Below are positions 25,512 to 38,300 of a stretch of 64,000 nt of DNA, in pieces. The translations under genes and the position numbers were made by a program. Each line of letters begins with the position of its first letter. The first letter of the stretch is position 1. This stretch comes from Callorhinchus milii (taxonomy: Eukaryota): assembly GCF_018977255.1 (NCBI RefSeq), contig NW_024704743.1, positions 13,456,001 to 13,520,000 on the forward strand, in the 5' to 3' direction. Below the pieces are notes generated by a model. It did no database searches. It worked only from the letters and a program-made list of their open reading frames with translations, and had not been told where the DNA came from.

Positions 25512-26431
25512 CTAGTATAACAAGGACATTCTACTGCGACGCATGGCTTCACTGATTAAATATGCTGGACTAATCTCTGGCTCTTCTGTCATAATCACAA
25601 TGTTCTGCCATTCACCAGTCTCATTTGATTTCTTAATTGTGTCCACCACACACAGAGCATACAGGCAATCTTCAAATGTCGCTGCCATAGTAAGAGGCCT
25701 CCCGTCCCAGGTTCGTCGATCGTCCTGGTCTTGGAATGCCTGTCGAATGGCTTGGACCATCATGATGGTCCCTCTGAGAAATGGAGATGGGATATCCCTA
25801 AAAGCTTTCTCTGGGAGCAAAGAACTGCTAATAGGAGTTGAGTCTTCTAAGATCAATTCCTTTTGAGTTGCGTTGTTCCTTTGCCCATACAAGTCACTAC
25901 CAGTTACCATCAACCGTCCAGTGGACCCCACCACAATGATTTCCTGCTTAAACTCCCCAGGCACATTGAAATTCAAAGTTACCGTGCAGCACACACCAGC
26001 CTCTAAAACCATCTGGAAGGTGCAGAAGTCATCACTGGTGATCTGACGGATCCCTCTGATATGCTCTGTCTGCTTCACAAAGGTTTTCAGGAACCCATGG
26101 ACTTTGATAGCCTTCTGATTGGTCAGAAAAGTCAAAAGGTCAATGATGTAGCTTCCTACTGAATGCAGCCCTCCTCCACCCATCAGATCATCACAGCTCC
26201 AGTTGTACTTCTTACCCAGTAGACTTCCACTGTGAACCTGAACCTCACAGATCAACAAGTCCCCTATGTAGCCCTCCTGAATCAATTGCTTCATTTTAAC
26301 AAAAGCAGGGAGGAAGCGTAGAACATTGCCCATTATACTCATGAGCTTGGGATAGTAATGTGCAGCTGACATCATCCTGAAGGCATCCAAAGGAGTCGCC
26401 GCTCTGTCACAGATGACATTCTTCCCAATTC
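25512..26431 (-). CDS. GFOD1: Glucose-fructose oxidoreductase domain-containing protein 1, coding exon 2
   Basis: Acceptor TTTTCAAATAG| before 26431. Translates (G)[43 protein letters not shown]...[27 protein letters not shown]. This is a Gfo/Idh/MocA family sequence with a GFOD1-type C-terminus. Confidence 0.96.
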
Positions 26432-26610
26432 CTATTTGAAAATGAAAACAAACATGTTAGCAAGCAGTCTGCTAACAAATAACAAACCTCTCATTTGATA
26501 TAGTATAATATCAACATCTAGTGGCTATGCATTTGCAGGCAAATGTACAGCCATTTTGAGTATAGCACATGAACCGTGATCAATTTATCTGGAAAATTGT
26601 TGGTCAGGGT

Positions 26611-26920
26611 AATAATAATAATCCTTGCATTTGATATAGCGCTTTTCACGTCTTCTTGACACCCCAAAGCGCATCACAGAATATACTGTAAAGTGAATTG
26701 ACTGTATATTTGTGGGCCAATGCGGCAGCCAATTGCACACAGCAATGTCCCACAAACAGACATGGATTGAAAATGATCAATTTATTATTGTTTTGTTTTT
26801 TTGGAGGGATTATTATAAGGTGTGTGGAGTAAGGAAACTTGCCCAAGGTTTCGCCCTGCCTGGAATTGAACACAGGTCTCTCACTTGTAAAGCGAGTGCT
26901 CTAACCACTGAGCTACAGGG
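26611..26920 (-). mobile_element. tRNA-derived SINE, young short subfamily
   Basis: Very similar to the copies at 4228, 29002, 35010 and 47673. Confidence 0.9.
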
Positions 26921-29001
26921 TACCAGGAGAAATGACTTTCTTTTTTTCAGAATGCCATATGATTTAATAAGATCGGGTGCCATATGATCAGTTACTTTTC
27001 AAAAATGCCATTTCAATAGTCCCTGGCAGCATAGGAATCTCTGTGTTTCATAAAATATTTCCTCATGCCAGTCTGTATCTATACTTTATAAATATTAACT
27101 CCAATCACATTCTTAACCAAATATTTATTTGAACATTTTTTTAAAAAAGAGGAACAAGTTAATTTTGTTGGTACTGTAGTCTGTCCACAATAATGTGCTC
27201 AATGGTTCCTCAAAGAATTCCATTATGGAATTTTCTTTCATGGCCTGTACTTTTGAAACTCTGAACTCTGATTATTTCCCTTAAAAACTGTTATGTATTT
27301 TCCTTATTAAAGATGTTAAACTAATTGAAATGGCACTTTACTGCTTGATGCATGTTGAGAACTAAGCTCTTACGACTTGAAGCACAATGAAAAGATATGG
27401 GAAATGGAGATTTTCTATTTGGGAGTGAGCTAGGAAATGGAACCTTGTTACTTTAAGCACTTTGAGACGTCCTCCCAACATGAAAGGAGCTACACGAATG
27501 TAAATCATATTGTATTGTGATACATATATACACATATCCACATGCATACTAAATCAAATCAGAGTACAATGCTTCAGTAGTGCAGAGCAGTCTATTTTGT
27601 GTACATTTGCATAATTGTTTTTAACAAGATGAGACCAATTGATTAATAATAATAATTCTTGCATTTGATATAGCATTTTATCACCTCTTCCATACGCCTC
27701 AAAGTACTTCACAGAATATACTGTAAAGTGTATTGACTGTATATTTTGTGGGAGAAACCCAGCAGCCAGTGTCCCACAAACAGATTGAGGATTGAGTGTC
27801 CAATTTTTTTAAGGGATGGAAAAGCGATTCGTCAATCAACTGACAGCCGGTTTCCTAAATTCTAGGTAAACAGAGGCGTATGGAGTGAAGAAAATTGCCT
27901 CACGTTTTACCCTGCCGGGAATCAAGCTCAGGCCCTCTCGCTTGTGAGGCAAGTGCTCTAACCACTAAGCTACAGAACACCACGTTATTTGTTATATTAA
28001 GGAGTATAATAAATCGTCTGATGAAGTTCTGATCAAAGGTCTCACTTGAAAAGTTAACCTCTGTGTTTTGCCTTTCAGGAGCTGATTAACTGGCTGTTAC
28101 ATTAGCAGCATTCTGTTTCATTTCAGATGATCTGTATGTTTATTGTTCTTATCGGAACAATCTGTTTCCACTTTTTACTTTTTTTTGGACAGCCGTGTGT
28201 CTGAGGCACACGGTAACCCATCACCATATTTAAAGGTATCCAGAGTATATTGTGAGTTCCACTTCAATATTGTGTACCACTTACACATGGAATTTTCCCT
28301 GTATTTGGAATGGAGTGTGCATTCTCTCCCTGTTTTGGGGTCACAGAGACAATAAACATTTCTAACAATATATTGCAAATGTGAATAACTTTGATATCAT
28401 TCACACTTTAATGATGATGACAAGATTTTTCCATGACTTTGGAAAGTCAGTTACCACAAGCACCTCCCAGAAATCTAGAGGCAAAATAAAGTCCAGAGAC
28501 TCGGATTGTGACAACACCTACTTAGCACTGCATTTAGAGACTCCAGAGCTTCATTAGGCACTATATTCGGCCTCTGCACTAGAATTACACACCTATCCAG
28601 AGCAAAGCTGTTGAATTTGCAGGATCCCAAAGGAGTTTTGTGATGAAGGAGGCCCTTTGGTCTATTTCTCTCGCTCTTCCAGAATAATATTGCCATTCAT
28701 CACAATTTACCAATTTAATACATGACCAATGTTCTCAATACTACAGATGAAAATGTTGTATTCACATTGGAAATATTTATGTTTCAAAAGGTATGCTGCC
28801 TGCCAAGTGATTCTGTTTATTTGATTGACATTAACTGGGAACTATTACTTGAGAATTGTTTTGGAGGTAAACAAAAATCTCCTGAATGTTTTACTCAAGA
28901 TTCCGAGGCATGAATTAGGTGTGAGCCTGGCTCAGTTGGAGGCATTCTCACCTCAGTCAGAAGGTTGTGAATTCAAACTTCACTTTGGGTTTTGAGCTCA
29001 T

Positions 29002-29308
29002 GGAGTCCTGTAGCTCAGTGGTTAGAGCACTCGCTTTGCAAGCAAGAGACCTGAGTTCAATTCCAGACAGGGCAAAACCTTGGGCAAGTTTCCTTACTCC
29101 ACACGCCTAATAATAATCCCTCCAAAACCAAAAACAATAATAAATTGGTCATTTTCAATCTACGATTGTTTGTGGGACATTGCTGTGCGCAATTGGCTGC
29201 CGCATTCGCCCACAAATATACAGTCAATTCACTTTACAGTGTGTTCTGTGAAGCGCTTTGGGACGTCCTCCCGACGTGAGAAGCGCTACATCAAATGCAA
29301 GGATTATA
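29002..29308 (+). mobile_element. tRNA-derived SINE (young) nested in a Deu-type SINE
   Basis: Full head-to-tail copy. The host SINE head lies at 28920-29001 and its body resumes at ~29309. Confidence 0.88.
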
Positions 29309-29791
29309 ATCTAGGCTATTCTAATGCTGCGGCAAGTGCTACATTGCCAGAAGTGTCATCTTTCATATGAGATGTTAAACCAAGATCCTATCTGCCTACT
29401 CAGATGGATGTTGAAGATCCCATGGCACTAATACACAGTAATTACACTTTATACTAAATCCTGTGAAGTGCTTTGAGACATCTTCCTGATGTGAATGTGT
29501 TATTATTATTACTACTTGAAAAACAGAAGGTAGTTTCTCCCAGTGTCCAGGCCAAAAATCCTTCATCTAAAATTGGTCATTCGCTTCATAATCATAATAA
29601 TAATATTCCTTGCATTGATACAGCACCTTAAAACATCGCTGAGATTTCATGGCTGTTTGTGAGACACTGCGGTGCACAAATTTGCTACCATGTTCACCTA
29701 TAAAATAGTCCTTTAACAGACCTCCATATCCCATCAGTATCCACACTAACTGGCACACTCCATCAGTATCCATTCAGACTTACATACACCA

Positions 29792-30468
29792 TGTTGAAAT
29801 ATATTGATTATCACCTCAGGATACATTGTTATATTTCATACAGCAACCGAATGTTCCAGATGTTTGATAGTTAATTGGTTAAAAGTGGCTTTGTTGGACG
29901 GGTTGAGGTCAGCTTCTGCTTACATTTCATATTTTCCTGAGAAGATGTTCAATCCTCTGAGATAATGAGAAATCGGGTCCTTGAGCGTCGATGTAAGAAC
30001 AAAGGACCACAGGAAGGAAAGGCTATAGACATCTGCCTATCTCAAGGCTGAGAAACAAACAGGCTGTGGAAGGCTGTCCAGAAGTTGTCCATATATTTCC
30101 CTCTCTGCAAAGCAGCTGCGAAGGGTGGGGACTATCTCTGTGACAAGGGGAGGTGGAGTTAGAAACACATGAAAGAAAGATGTAACTTTGAAATAGTTGG
30201 GAGTTGTGTAGAGGGTCAGCACACTTCCCAGTAGAATTGATATCAATTCTACTGTTTATGAACAGGGGTAAGGGAATTTACCTCCAGTAAGAAAGTGACC
30301 ATGTTTCTCTATGATTTGTATATCTGTTGTGTCTTGTGTATTATTGTTTCATTTATTTGTGTATTACCTGCTGTTTTGACCTGAATAAAGTGACTTAACT
30401 CAACCAATTGGTAAACTGGAATCGGATCATTCTAAAATTTTTGGAGATAGTTGCAAATGTTTCTAACA
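29792..30468 (+). mobile_element. Candidate solo LTR
   Basis: TGTT...AACA termini, AATAAA at ~30384, and flanks ACCA/CCCA (imperfect 4-bp TSD). Confidence 0.5.
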
Positions 30469-31114
30469 CCCACACATCCAAGTTTCTTCATATTTAATGT
30501 AGAAACTACCTTTCAGTAGTTGTTTCTTTTTACTATGGCTACTGTTATCCTGCCTAACTTTTCCTTTTTCTATACCAGGGGCTTGTATTTTTACCTCTTA
30601 CCAACCTGTTCTCAATGTTCTCCTCTCCTGAGGCCTGGAAGTATGCCTAATTGAATCTAATGTACAACATTTTTAAGTTCAGTTTTAATAATAAGTATAT
30701 AAAAACGGTTTTCAAATTACAACTGAAATAAAAAAATTCTCCATAATACCCAATCTTAAAATTGATGACAAAATTGTCTTAGAGCCTAATACTAGGTGGA
30801 ATTCCATGCCTCATGAATCAATTGAAGAGGGTGCATATTACAACATTAATTAGTAGTTTTCAAACAGAAACAAAAACTAAAAGAAAAGCCAAGGGTTAAC
30901 AGAAAATATCCCATTGCATCAAAGTCAAAGAAACTTCCATCACATCTTTTTTATTTGAACATTATATGTTTGAACATTATAAGACCAAAACACAAGGCTG
31001 GAAGCATTTGTTTGTTTACAACTGACAATATAACACAGAGATTTTTATGGTTCTATAACAATTTTTTTAAAAACTTGCATTTTTTTAAAAATCTTGCGTT
31101 TATAACATTGACAC

Positions 31115-32262
31115 ATAGAATCATAGAATTATACAGTACAGAAGGAGGCCATTCAGCCCATCGTGCAGGCTCTTTGTAAACAGCTATCCAATTCAATCCC
31201 ACTCCCCCGTTCTGTCCCCATAGCCCTGCAAACTTGTCCTCCCCAAATATTTACCTACTTCTCTCTTAAAAGTTGTTATCGAATTGTCTTCCACCACCCT
31301 TTCAGGCAATGCATTCCAGATCCAAACAACTAGCTGTGTGAAAAAAATTCTCCTCACTTCCCCTCTGTTTCTAGTAACTATTTTAAATTGGTGTCCTCAG
31401 GTTACTGACCCACCCACTAGTGGAAATAGTTTCTCCTTGCTCACCCTATCGAATCCCTTCATAATTTTAAAAACTTCTATTAAGGCTCCTCTTAATCTTC
31501 CCTGCTCCAAGGAGAATAATCCCAGCTTCTCCAGCCTCTCCTGATAACTGAAGTCCCTCGTTCCTAGTACCATCCTGGTAAATCTCCTTTGCACCCTCTC
31601 CAATGCCTTGACATCCTTCCTAAAGTGTGGTGGCCAGAACTGAACACCGTCTCTAGCTGAGGCCTAACCAGTGTTTTATAAAGATTCATCATAACTTCCT
31701 GACTTTTGTATTCTATGCCCCTATTTATATATGCCCCTATCCCGTATGCTTTTTTAAAAGCTTTATCTACCTGTCCTGCCACCGTCAAAGATATATGAAT
31801 AATAATAATAATACAAAAATATATGAACCCCCAGGTCTCTCTGTTTCTTCATCCCCTTTAAGATTGTACCATCAGCTTATATTGCCTCTCCTCATTCTTC
31901 CTCCCAAAATTCATCACTTCGCATTCCTCTACATTAAACTTCATCTGTCACATGTCTACCCAGTTTATCAGTCTGTCTATATCCAGTTGCAGTCTGCTAC
32001 TATCCTCCTCACTGTTTACTACTTTTCCTAGCTTAGTATCATCTGCAAATTTGGAAATTGTACTCCCTGTACCCAAGTCCAGGTTATTTATAAAAATCAA
32101 AAACAGCAGTGGTCCCAATACTGACCCCTGGGAAACAGCACTGCACACTTCCCTCCTGTCAGAAAAACAACCTTTCACCACAACTCTCTGCTTTCTGTCT
32201 CCCAGCCAGTTCTGTATCCATGCTGCCACTGTTCCTTTAATACCTTGGGTTTCTATTTTTAT
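31115..32262 (-). mobile_element. CR1 LINE 3' part (RT to tail)
   Basis: [37 protein letters not shown] and ERVQRRFTRM; (TTCTATGA) tail. Confidence 0.92.
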
Positions 32263-32479
32263 ATCTCAAACACTTCACAGGTATTTGCAGGCAAGTGTAA
32301 AGATTATATATTTGTAGGCAATGCAGTAGACAATCAGATCACAGCAAGATTCCACACACAGCTATGAGGTACATGTATCTAAGCCAGGATCCTCTTCTCT
32401 TTTCAAATAGTAAATTGATTCTTCAACATCTATCCGAAGAGCATGCAAACAGTTTAACATTCATCGGATGCATCCGAAG

Positions 32480-32798
32480 GACATATAACATGGAGAATGG
32501 GTCATTAACCAGAGGACACAGATTCAAGATAATTGGTAAAAGAACTACATGGGAGATGAGAATTTGTTTTTGCAGTGAGTTATTATGATCTGGAATGCAT
32601 TTTCTGAAAAGATGGTGAAGCAGCCCATTACTAACTTTCAAAAGGAAATTGGATATTTATTTGAAAAGAAAAGAAATGTCAAGGCTATGGGGAAAGAATG
32701 GGGGAGTGGGACTAATTGGCTAGCTTTTTAAAAGAGCCGGCACAGTCATGATGGGCCAAATGGGCTCTTCCTGTGCTGTAGGATTCTATGATTCTATG
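32480..32798 (+). mobile_element. CR1 3' fragment
   Basis: TRGHRFKI remnant and ATTCTATGATTCTATG tail. Similar tails at ~10170-10580, 11408-11556 and 20210-20372. Confidence 0.8.
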
Positions 32799-32940
32799 AC
32801 GTTAAACTGCTTGCATGCTTTTCAAGTAGATGTTGGGCACTGTAAGCCGAGACTGGAATCTGAAACTTGAACCCATAATTCAATGACCACACATAACACT
32901 CCCTATTTTCTTAAGCACTTATATTCAATATAAATGTTGT

Positions 32941-32965
32941 NNNNNNNNNNNNNNNNNNNNNNNNN
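32941..32965. other. Assembly gap (25 N)
   Basis: Run of n. Confidence 1.
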
Positions 32966-33484
32966 ATAATCATAATAATAATATTCCTTGCATTGATACA
33001 GCACCTTAAAACATCGCTGAGATTTCATGGCTGTTTGTGAGACACTGCGGTGCACAAATTTGCTACCATGTTCACCTATAAAATAGTCCTTTAACAGACC
33101 TCCATATCCCATCAGTATCCACACTAACTGGCACACTCCATCAGTATCCATTCAGACTTACATACACCATGTTGAAATATATTGATTATCACCTCAGGAT
33201 ACATTGTTATATTTCATACAGCAACCGAATGTTCCAGATGTTTGATAGTTAATTGGTTAAAAGTGGCTTTGTTGGACGGGTTGAGGTCAGCTTCTGCTTA
33301 CATTTCATATTTTCCTGAGAAGATGTTCAATCCTCTGAGATAATGAGAAATCGGGTCCTTGAGCGTCGATGTAAGAACAAAGGACCACAGGAAGGAAAGG
33401 CTATAGACATCTGCCTATCTCAAGGCTGAGAAACAAACAGGCTGTGGAAGGCTGTCCAGAAGTTGTCCATATATTTCCCTCTCT

Positions 33485-34830
33485 AACTATCTTCATCCAC
33501 CCTCTCCCGTTACTTCATCAAAAAACTCTGTCAGACATGATTTGCCTTTAACAAATCTATGTTGGCTGTCCTTTATTAACCCATATTTTTCTAAGTGAAA
33601 ATGTATTTTGTCGCGCATTATCGTCTCCAGAGGTTTCCCCATAACTGACGTTAGGCTGACTGGTTTGCAGTTCCTGGGTTTATCCTTCTGCCCCTATTTA
33701 TACAGAGGAGTGACATTCGCAACCCTCCAGTCCTCTGGCATCACCAAGGAAGATTGAAAGTTTGTTGCCAGAGCCTCTGTTATTTCCACCCTTACTTCCC
33801 TCAGTAACCTAGGTTGCATCTCATCTGGACTGGGTGACTTATCTACCTTGAACATCAACGATCTTTTTAGCACCTCCTCTCGGTTTATTCTTATCTTATC
33901 CAATTTCTCTATCCTCTCTGCCGATACTGTGGCATTGGCTGCATCCTCTTCTTTTGTGAAGACAGATGCAAAGTACTCATTCAGTACATCAGCCATGCCC
34001 TCTGCCTCCACAAGAAGATTTCCTCTTTGGTCCCTAATTGGACGCACCCTACCTTTGTCCAACCTTTTATTCTTTATATGCTTATAAAATACTTTAGGGT
34101 TCCCTTTTATGTTACCTGCTAATCTTTTCTCATACAATCTCTTTGCCCCTCTTATTTCCATTTTCAGTTCTCCTTCCCTTGTTTGAGCTAAGTCTCCATT
34201 ATTGCCACTACATCATAACCCCATATGACAACTTGAGCCTGCAGCTCACCATCTTATTTGTCACACTCCGTGCATTTACGCACATGCACTCCAAGACTGA
34301 CCTAGTCTGTCCTGCATTTCTCCCCCATCTAATTCCTTTTTCTGTATTACTCCTTATTACATTGTTATTTGTCTCTCCCAGCCCTCTGTGTAACTTGTTT
34401 TTCCTCTCTGATGCTGCATCCTTAGTGCCTTCCACCCTCAAAATTAGTTTAAACCCTTCCCCTAACCTCCCTGCGAGGACATTGGTCCCAGCCCTGTTCG
34501 GGTGTAACCCGTTCACCTTGTACAGGTCCCACCTGCCCCACAACTGGTCTCAATGATGCAGGAACCTGAAGCCCTCCTTCCGCACCATTTCTGCAGCCAT
34601 GCGTTCATGTGTTTGATCCTGCTGTTTTGATACTCACTTGCACAAGACACTGGGAGTAATCCAGAGATCACCACTTTTAAGGTCCTACTCTTTAACTTTA
34701 AAGTCTCTAGCTTCTGATACTCTCCCTGTAGGATCTCAGCCCTTTTTTTCCCTGCACCATGGATCCCAACATGGACCATGATGTTCCCCTTCCCCCTGTA
34801 GAATGTTTTGCACTCATTCCGTGATGTCTT
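33485..34830 (-). mobile_element. CR1 LINE 5' part: ORF1 SGNH-esterase remnant and internally deleted ORF2
   Basis: VHVG..., VVISGLLPV, WGRWDLYK..GLHPNRAG (ORF1); NARSV, NPKVFYKHIK, LNEYFASVFTKE, PEDWRVANVTPLYK (ORF2). Confidence 0.88.
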
Positions 34831-34989
34831 CAACCCAAAGTTATTCTGAATCTGTTATGGTAAGGCTGTGTTAGACTCAGGCAAAGAATGGAATTGCTGG
34901 GGGGAAGGATTCTTTCATTTACAATAATAATAATAACCCTTGTATTTGACATATATTTTGATGTATTAAAACATCAAAACACTGATAAT

Positions 34990-34990
34990 G

Positions 34991-35022
<32 letters not shown>

Positions 35023-35323
35023 CCTTGCATTTGATATAGCGCTTTTCACGTCGGGAGGACGTCCCAAAGCACTTCACAGAATACACTGTAAAGTGAATTG
35101 ACTGTATATTTGTGGGCAAATGCGGCAGCCAATTGCACACAGCAATCTCCCACAAACAGTCGTAGATTGAAAATGACCAATTTATTATTGGTTTTAGTTT
35201 TGGAGGGATTATTATTAGGCGTGTGGAGTAAGGAAACTTGCCCAAGGTTTCGCCCTGCCTGGAATTGAACTCGGGTCTCTCGCTTGCAAAGCGAGTGCTC
35301 TAACCACTGAGCCACAGGACTCC
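34990..35323 (-). mobile_element. tRNA-derived SINE (young) with expanded (TAT)n tail
   Basis: Full-length copy with a tail microsatellite. Confidence 0.9.
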
Positions 35324-38300
35324 ACATGACTCACTATATCAAAGGTAAAGATTATGATTATTAGCAATTGATCGCTTCGCCCACAAAATATACAGTCAAT
35401 TCACTTTACAGTATATTCTGTTAAGCGCTTTGAGACTCAATGATGTTATAAAGCACTATATCAAATGCAAGGATTATTATTATTAGCATTATAGCACTTT
35501 GAAGAAGCAGTAGCAGAAATCCCATGATGACCACAAATGCCCCTTAAAGGGAATTGTCTAAATTGTGGCCTTGTGCTTTTCTCTGCTAGGAGCTGGATTG
35601 GTTTGAGAATTCCAGCATTGATTTAATTTGTGACCTCCAGCAACCAACAGAAAGACTCCCCTATCTCTGCTGAGAGCCACTTAGATATTAGTTATGTCAG
35701 CAAATATACAGCAGTGCAGTCAGAATAGTTACTGTGGAATATTATTCTGTCCAGATTTTGTGTGGTGAGGTTTAGGTGAGGGTACCTTAGCCAGAGATGA
35801 TGTAGCACAGTGCTATTTAATAGCAGTGCTATTTAATAATATAATTAAATCCTATTAGAAGGATTTAATAGGCCCAGGTTCCAGTGTATCTTCTAGACGT
35901 CTGGAAGATGTGATAAGGCGCTATATCAAATGCAAGTATTATTATTGTTATTATCTCTGTGCAGCACCACAAATCATTAAAGAAAAAAAATTGTGCAAAA
36001 GACAGACTCTTTCCTAAACTGTAGGTTTCCCAGCAGGGCGAAACCTATGTTCCTTGTGGAGTCCTGTAGGTCACTCACCTTGCAAGTGAGAGACTTGGGT
36101 CCAATTCCCGGCTGGGTGAAACATTGGGCAAGTTTCCTTACTCCACACGCCTCTGTTTATCTATCAGTAAGTAGGAACCCGGTTGTTAGTCGATTGGCAG
36201 ATCGCTTTTCCGGGGATGATAATCCCTTCAAAAAAATAATAATAATTTGGTCACTCATTCCACGACTGTTTGTGGGACACTGCTGTGCACAATTGGCTGC
36301 CGCATTTCACCCACAAAATAAACAGTCAATTCACTTTACAGTATATACTGTGAAGCGCTTTGAGACATCTCGAAGACGTAAAAAGGCGCTATATCAAATG
36401 CAAGGATTATTATATGTACATGACTAATATTTCCAGGTTTGATGGCTGAAGCAGTTCTTTTCTGCTTACTGCTGTCTTCTTGTCCTGTGCTTCTTCTAGA
36501 AATGATTAGAGCATTGTGTGCACTTGTTTCTCACTAAAACTCCAGGCTATTCTGTTCCTGATGTTACACACTGTTTCCTCCACTTCACTGTCGGTTTGCT
36601 ATAATCCATCCTTGTTAACAAAGCACAAATTGGTCATTAACTGTTGTCACAGAGATAAATAAGCAAAATGTATTCTAAACAAACTCGATGGTTCCCACTA
36701 GCAGGAAATTACTCCGCAAGAATCTCAATAATTCCATACTTAACAGCTCAGCTGAATATGTGAATATTTCTGTTTTGATGTATGTATACACAGAATAGCT
36801 CTACATAGATAGCTCTTTTAAAAGAGCTGGCACAGACACGATGGGCCAAATGGCCTTTTTCTGTGCTGTTTGATTTTATGATAATTCTATGTACATCGTC
36901 CTTCCCAACTCCGGGTGAATACCCACAAACCCCCTCCTATAAGAAATACATTTAGCTAGTAATGATTAATAAAGGTATAAAGCAGCCACTCTCTGAGCAA
37001 TAATATGAGGGTCTTGAAGATGGATGAGATGCTATTTATTAGAATCATCTTGGTGTCAGTCTGGGTCAGTTGGTAGCACTCTCAAATTGGGTTCAAGCCC
37101 CACATTGACACCAGTGCAGTCCATTGTGGGTGTACTGCATTCTTGGAAGTACTGACCTTCAGATGAGATGTCAATCTAAGGTATATTCAGGTGGATGGCT
37201 CCAATTGAGAAGAGAAGATAGTTTCTCGCAGTGTCCTGGGCAACAATCCCCCAATTAGATATTTGCAAAATAACCATTTTATTGACCATGAATTTACCAG
37301 GTAGTGAATGCTGGCAACTCAACCTGATCTTGTCCTTATTCCCTGGCCAGACGCATACAGTTTCCAGCAACATCACTGGATAATGATCAATAGCAGCAGA
37401 TCTGGTGGATGATTATAATAACGTAGTGATCCTTGCCTTATCACATTAAAACTCCTTAAAGTGCTTCACAAACTTTGCCATAAAGGGTTGTGATTGTATT
37501 TTTAAACGAATTGTAAGATCAGCTAACTCAGCATCGACCTGTGCTCAAACCTACGACTTTCTGGGCCTGTAAGACTTAGTTCTGCTCTTAGCAGAGTGTT
37601 TCCTTTTCTACACGCCACTGTTTACCTAGCAGTAAGTAGGAACCCGGTTGTTAATCGATTGGCCAATCGCTTTTCCTGTGTTAATAATCACTTAAAAAAA
37701 ACGAATTAGTCACTCAATCCACGACTGTTCGTGGGACACTGCTGTGTGCAATTGGCTGCCTCGTATCTTCCACATAATTTACAGTACATTCTGTGAAGTC
37801 CTTTGAGATGTTTCGATACGGTAAGGCACTATATCAAATGCAAGGATTATTCTTATTATTTATTATCAAGCACTGACTGGTTAGGCTGATGGCGTTTTCG
37901 TGCTGTACAGTCTGTGCACATCTATGTAAACACAACTGAGCACAAAATTAATTGCTTTGGAACAAGGAAGCACGTCTCCACGCAGACGGTTGTGAAGACG
38001 TGGAACACTTCATCCACGAAAGCTGCAGAGGCGGAATCAATAGGGATGTTTAAAAGATAGAAAGATATTTGGCTAATAATAATAATAATCCTTGCATTTG
38101 ATATAGCGCTTTTCAAGTCTTCTAGACGTCTCAAAGCGCTTCACAGAATATAAAGTGAATTGACTGTATAGATGTGGGCAAAACGCGGCAGCCAATGAAT
38201 GATTTTTCATTCATGTTCACCCACAAGGTGTAGCAGCAACGATTAACAAGAATTGGACCATTCATCCAACAATTCCACTGAGGTCCGAACATAAGAGAAC

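Noticed and set aside
29002..29075. tRNA-Ala-like gene
   Set aside because: It is a SINE head: it continues into the SINE body and tail and recurs many times in the window.
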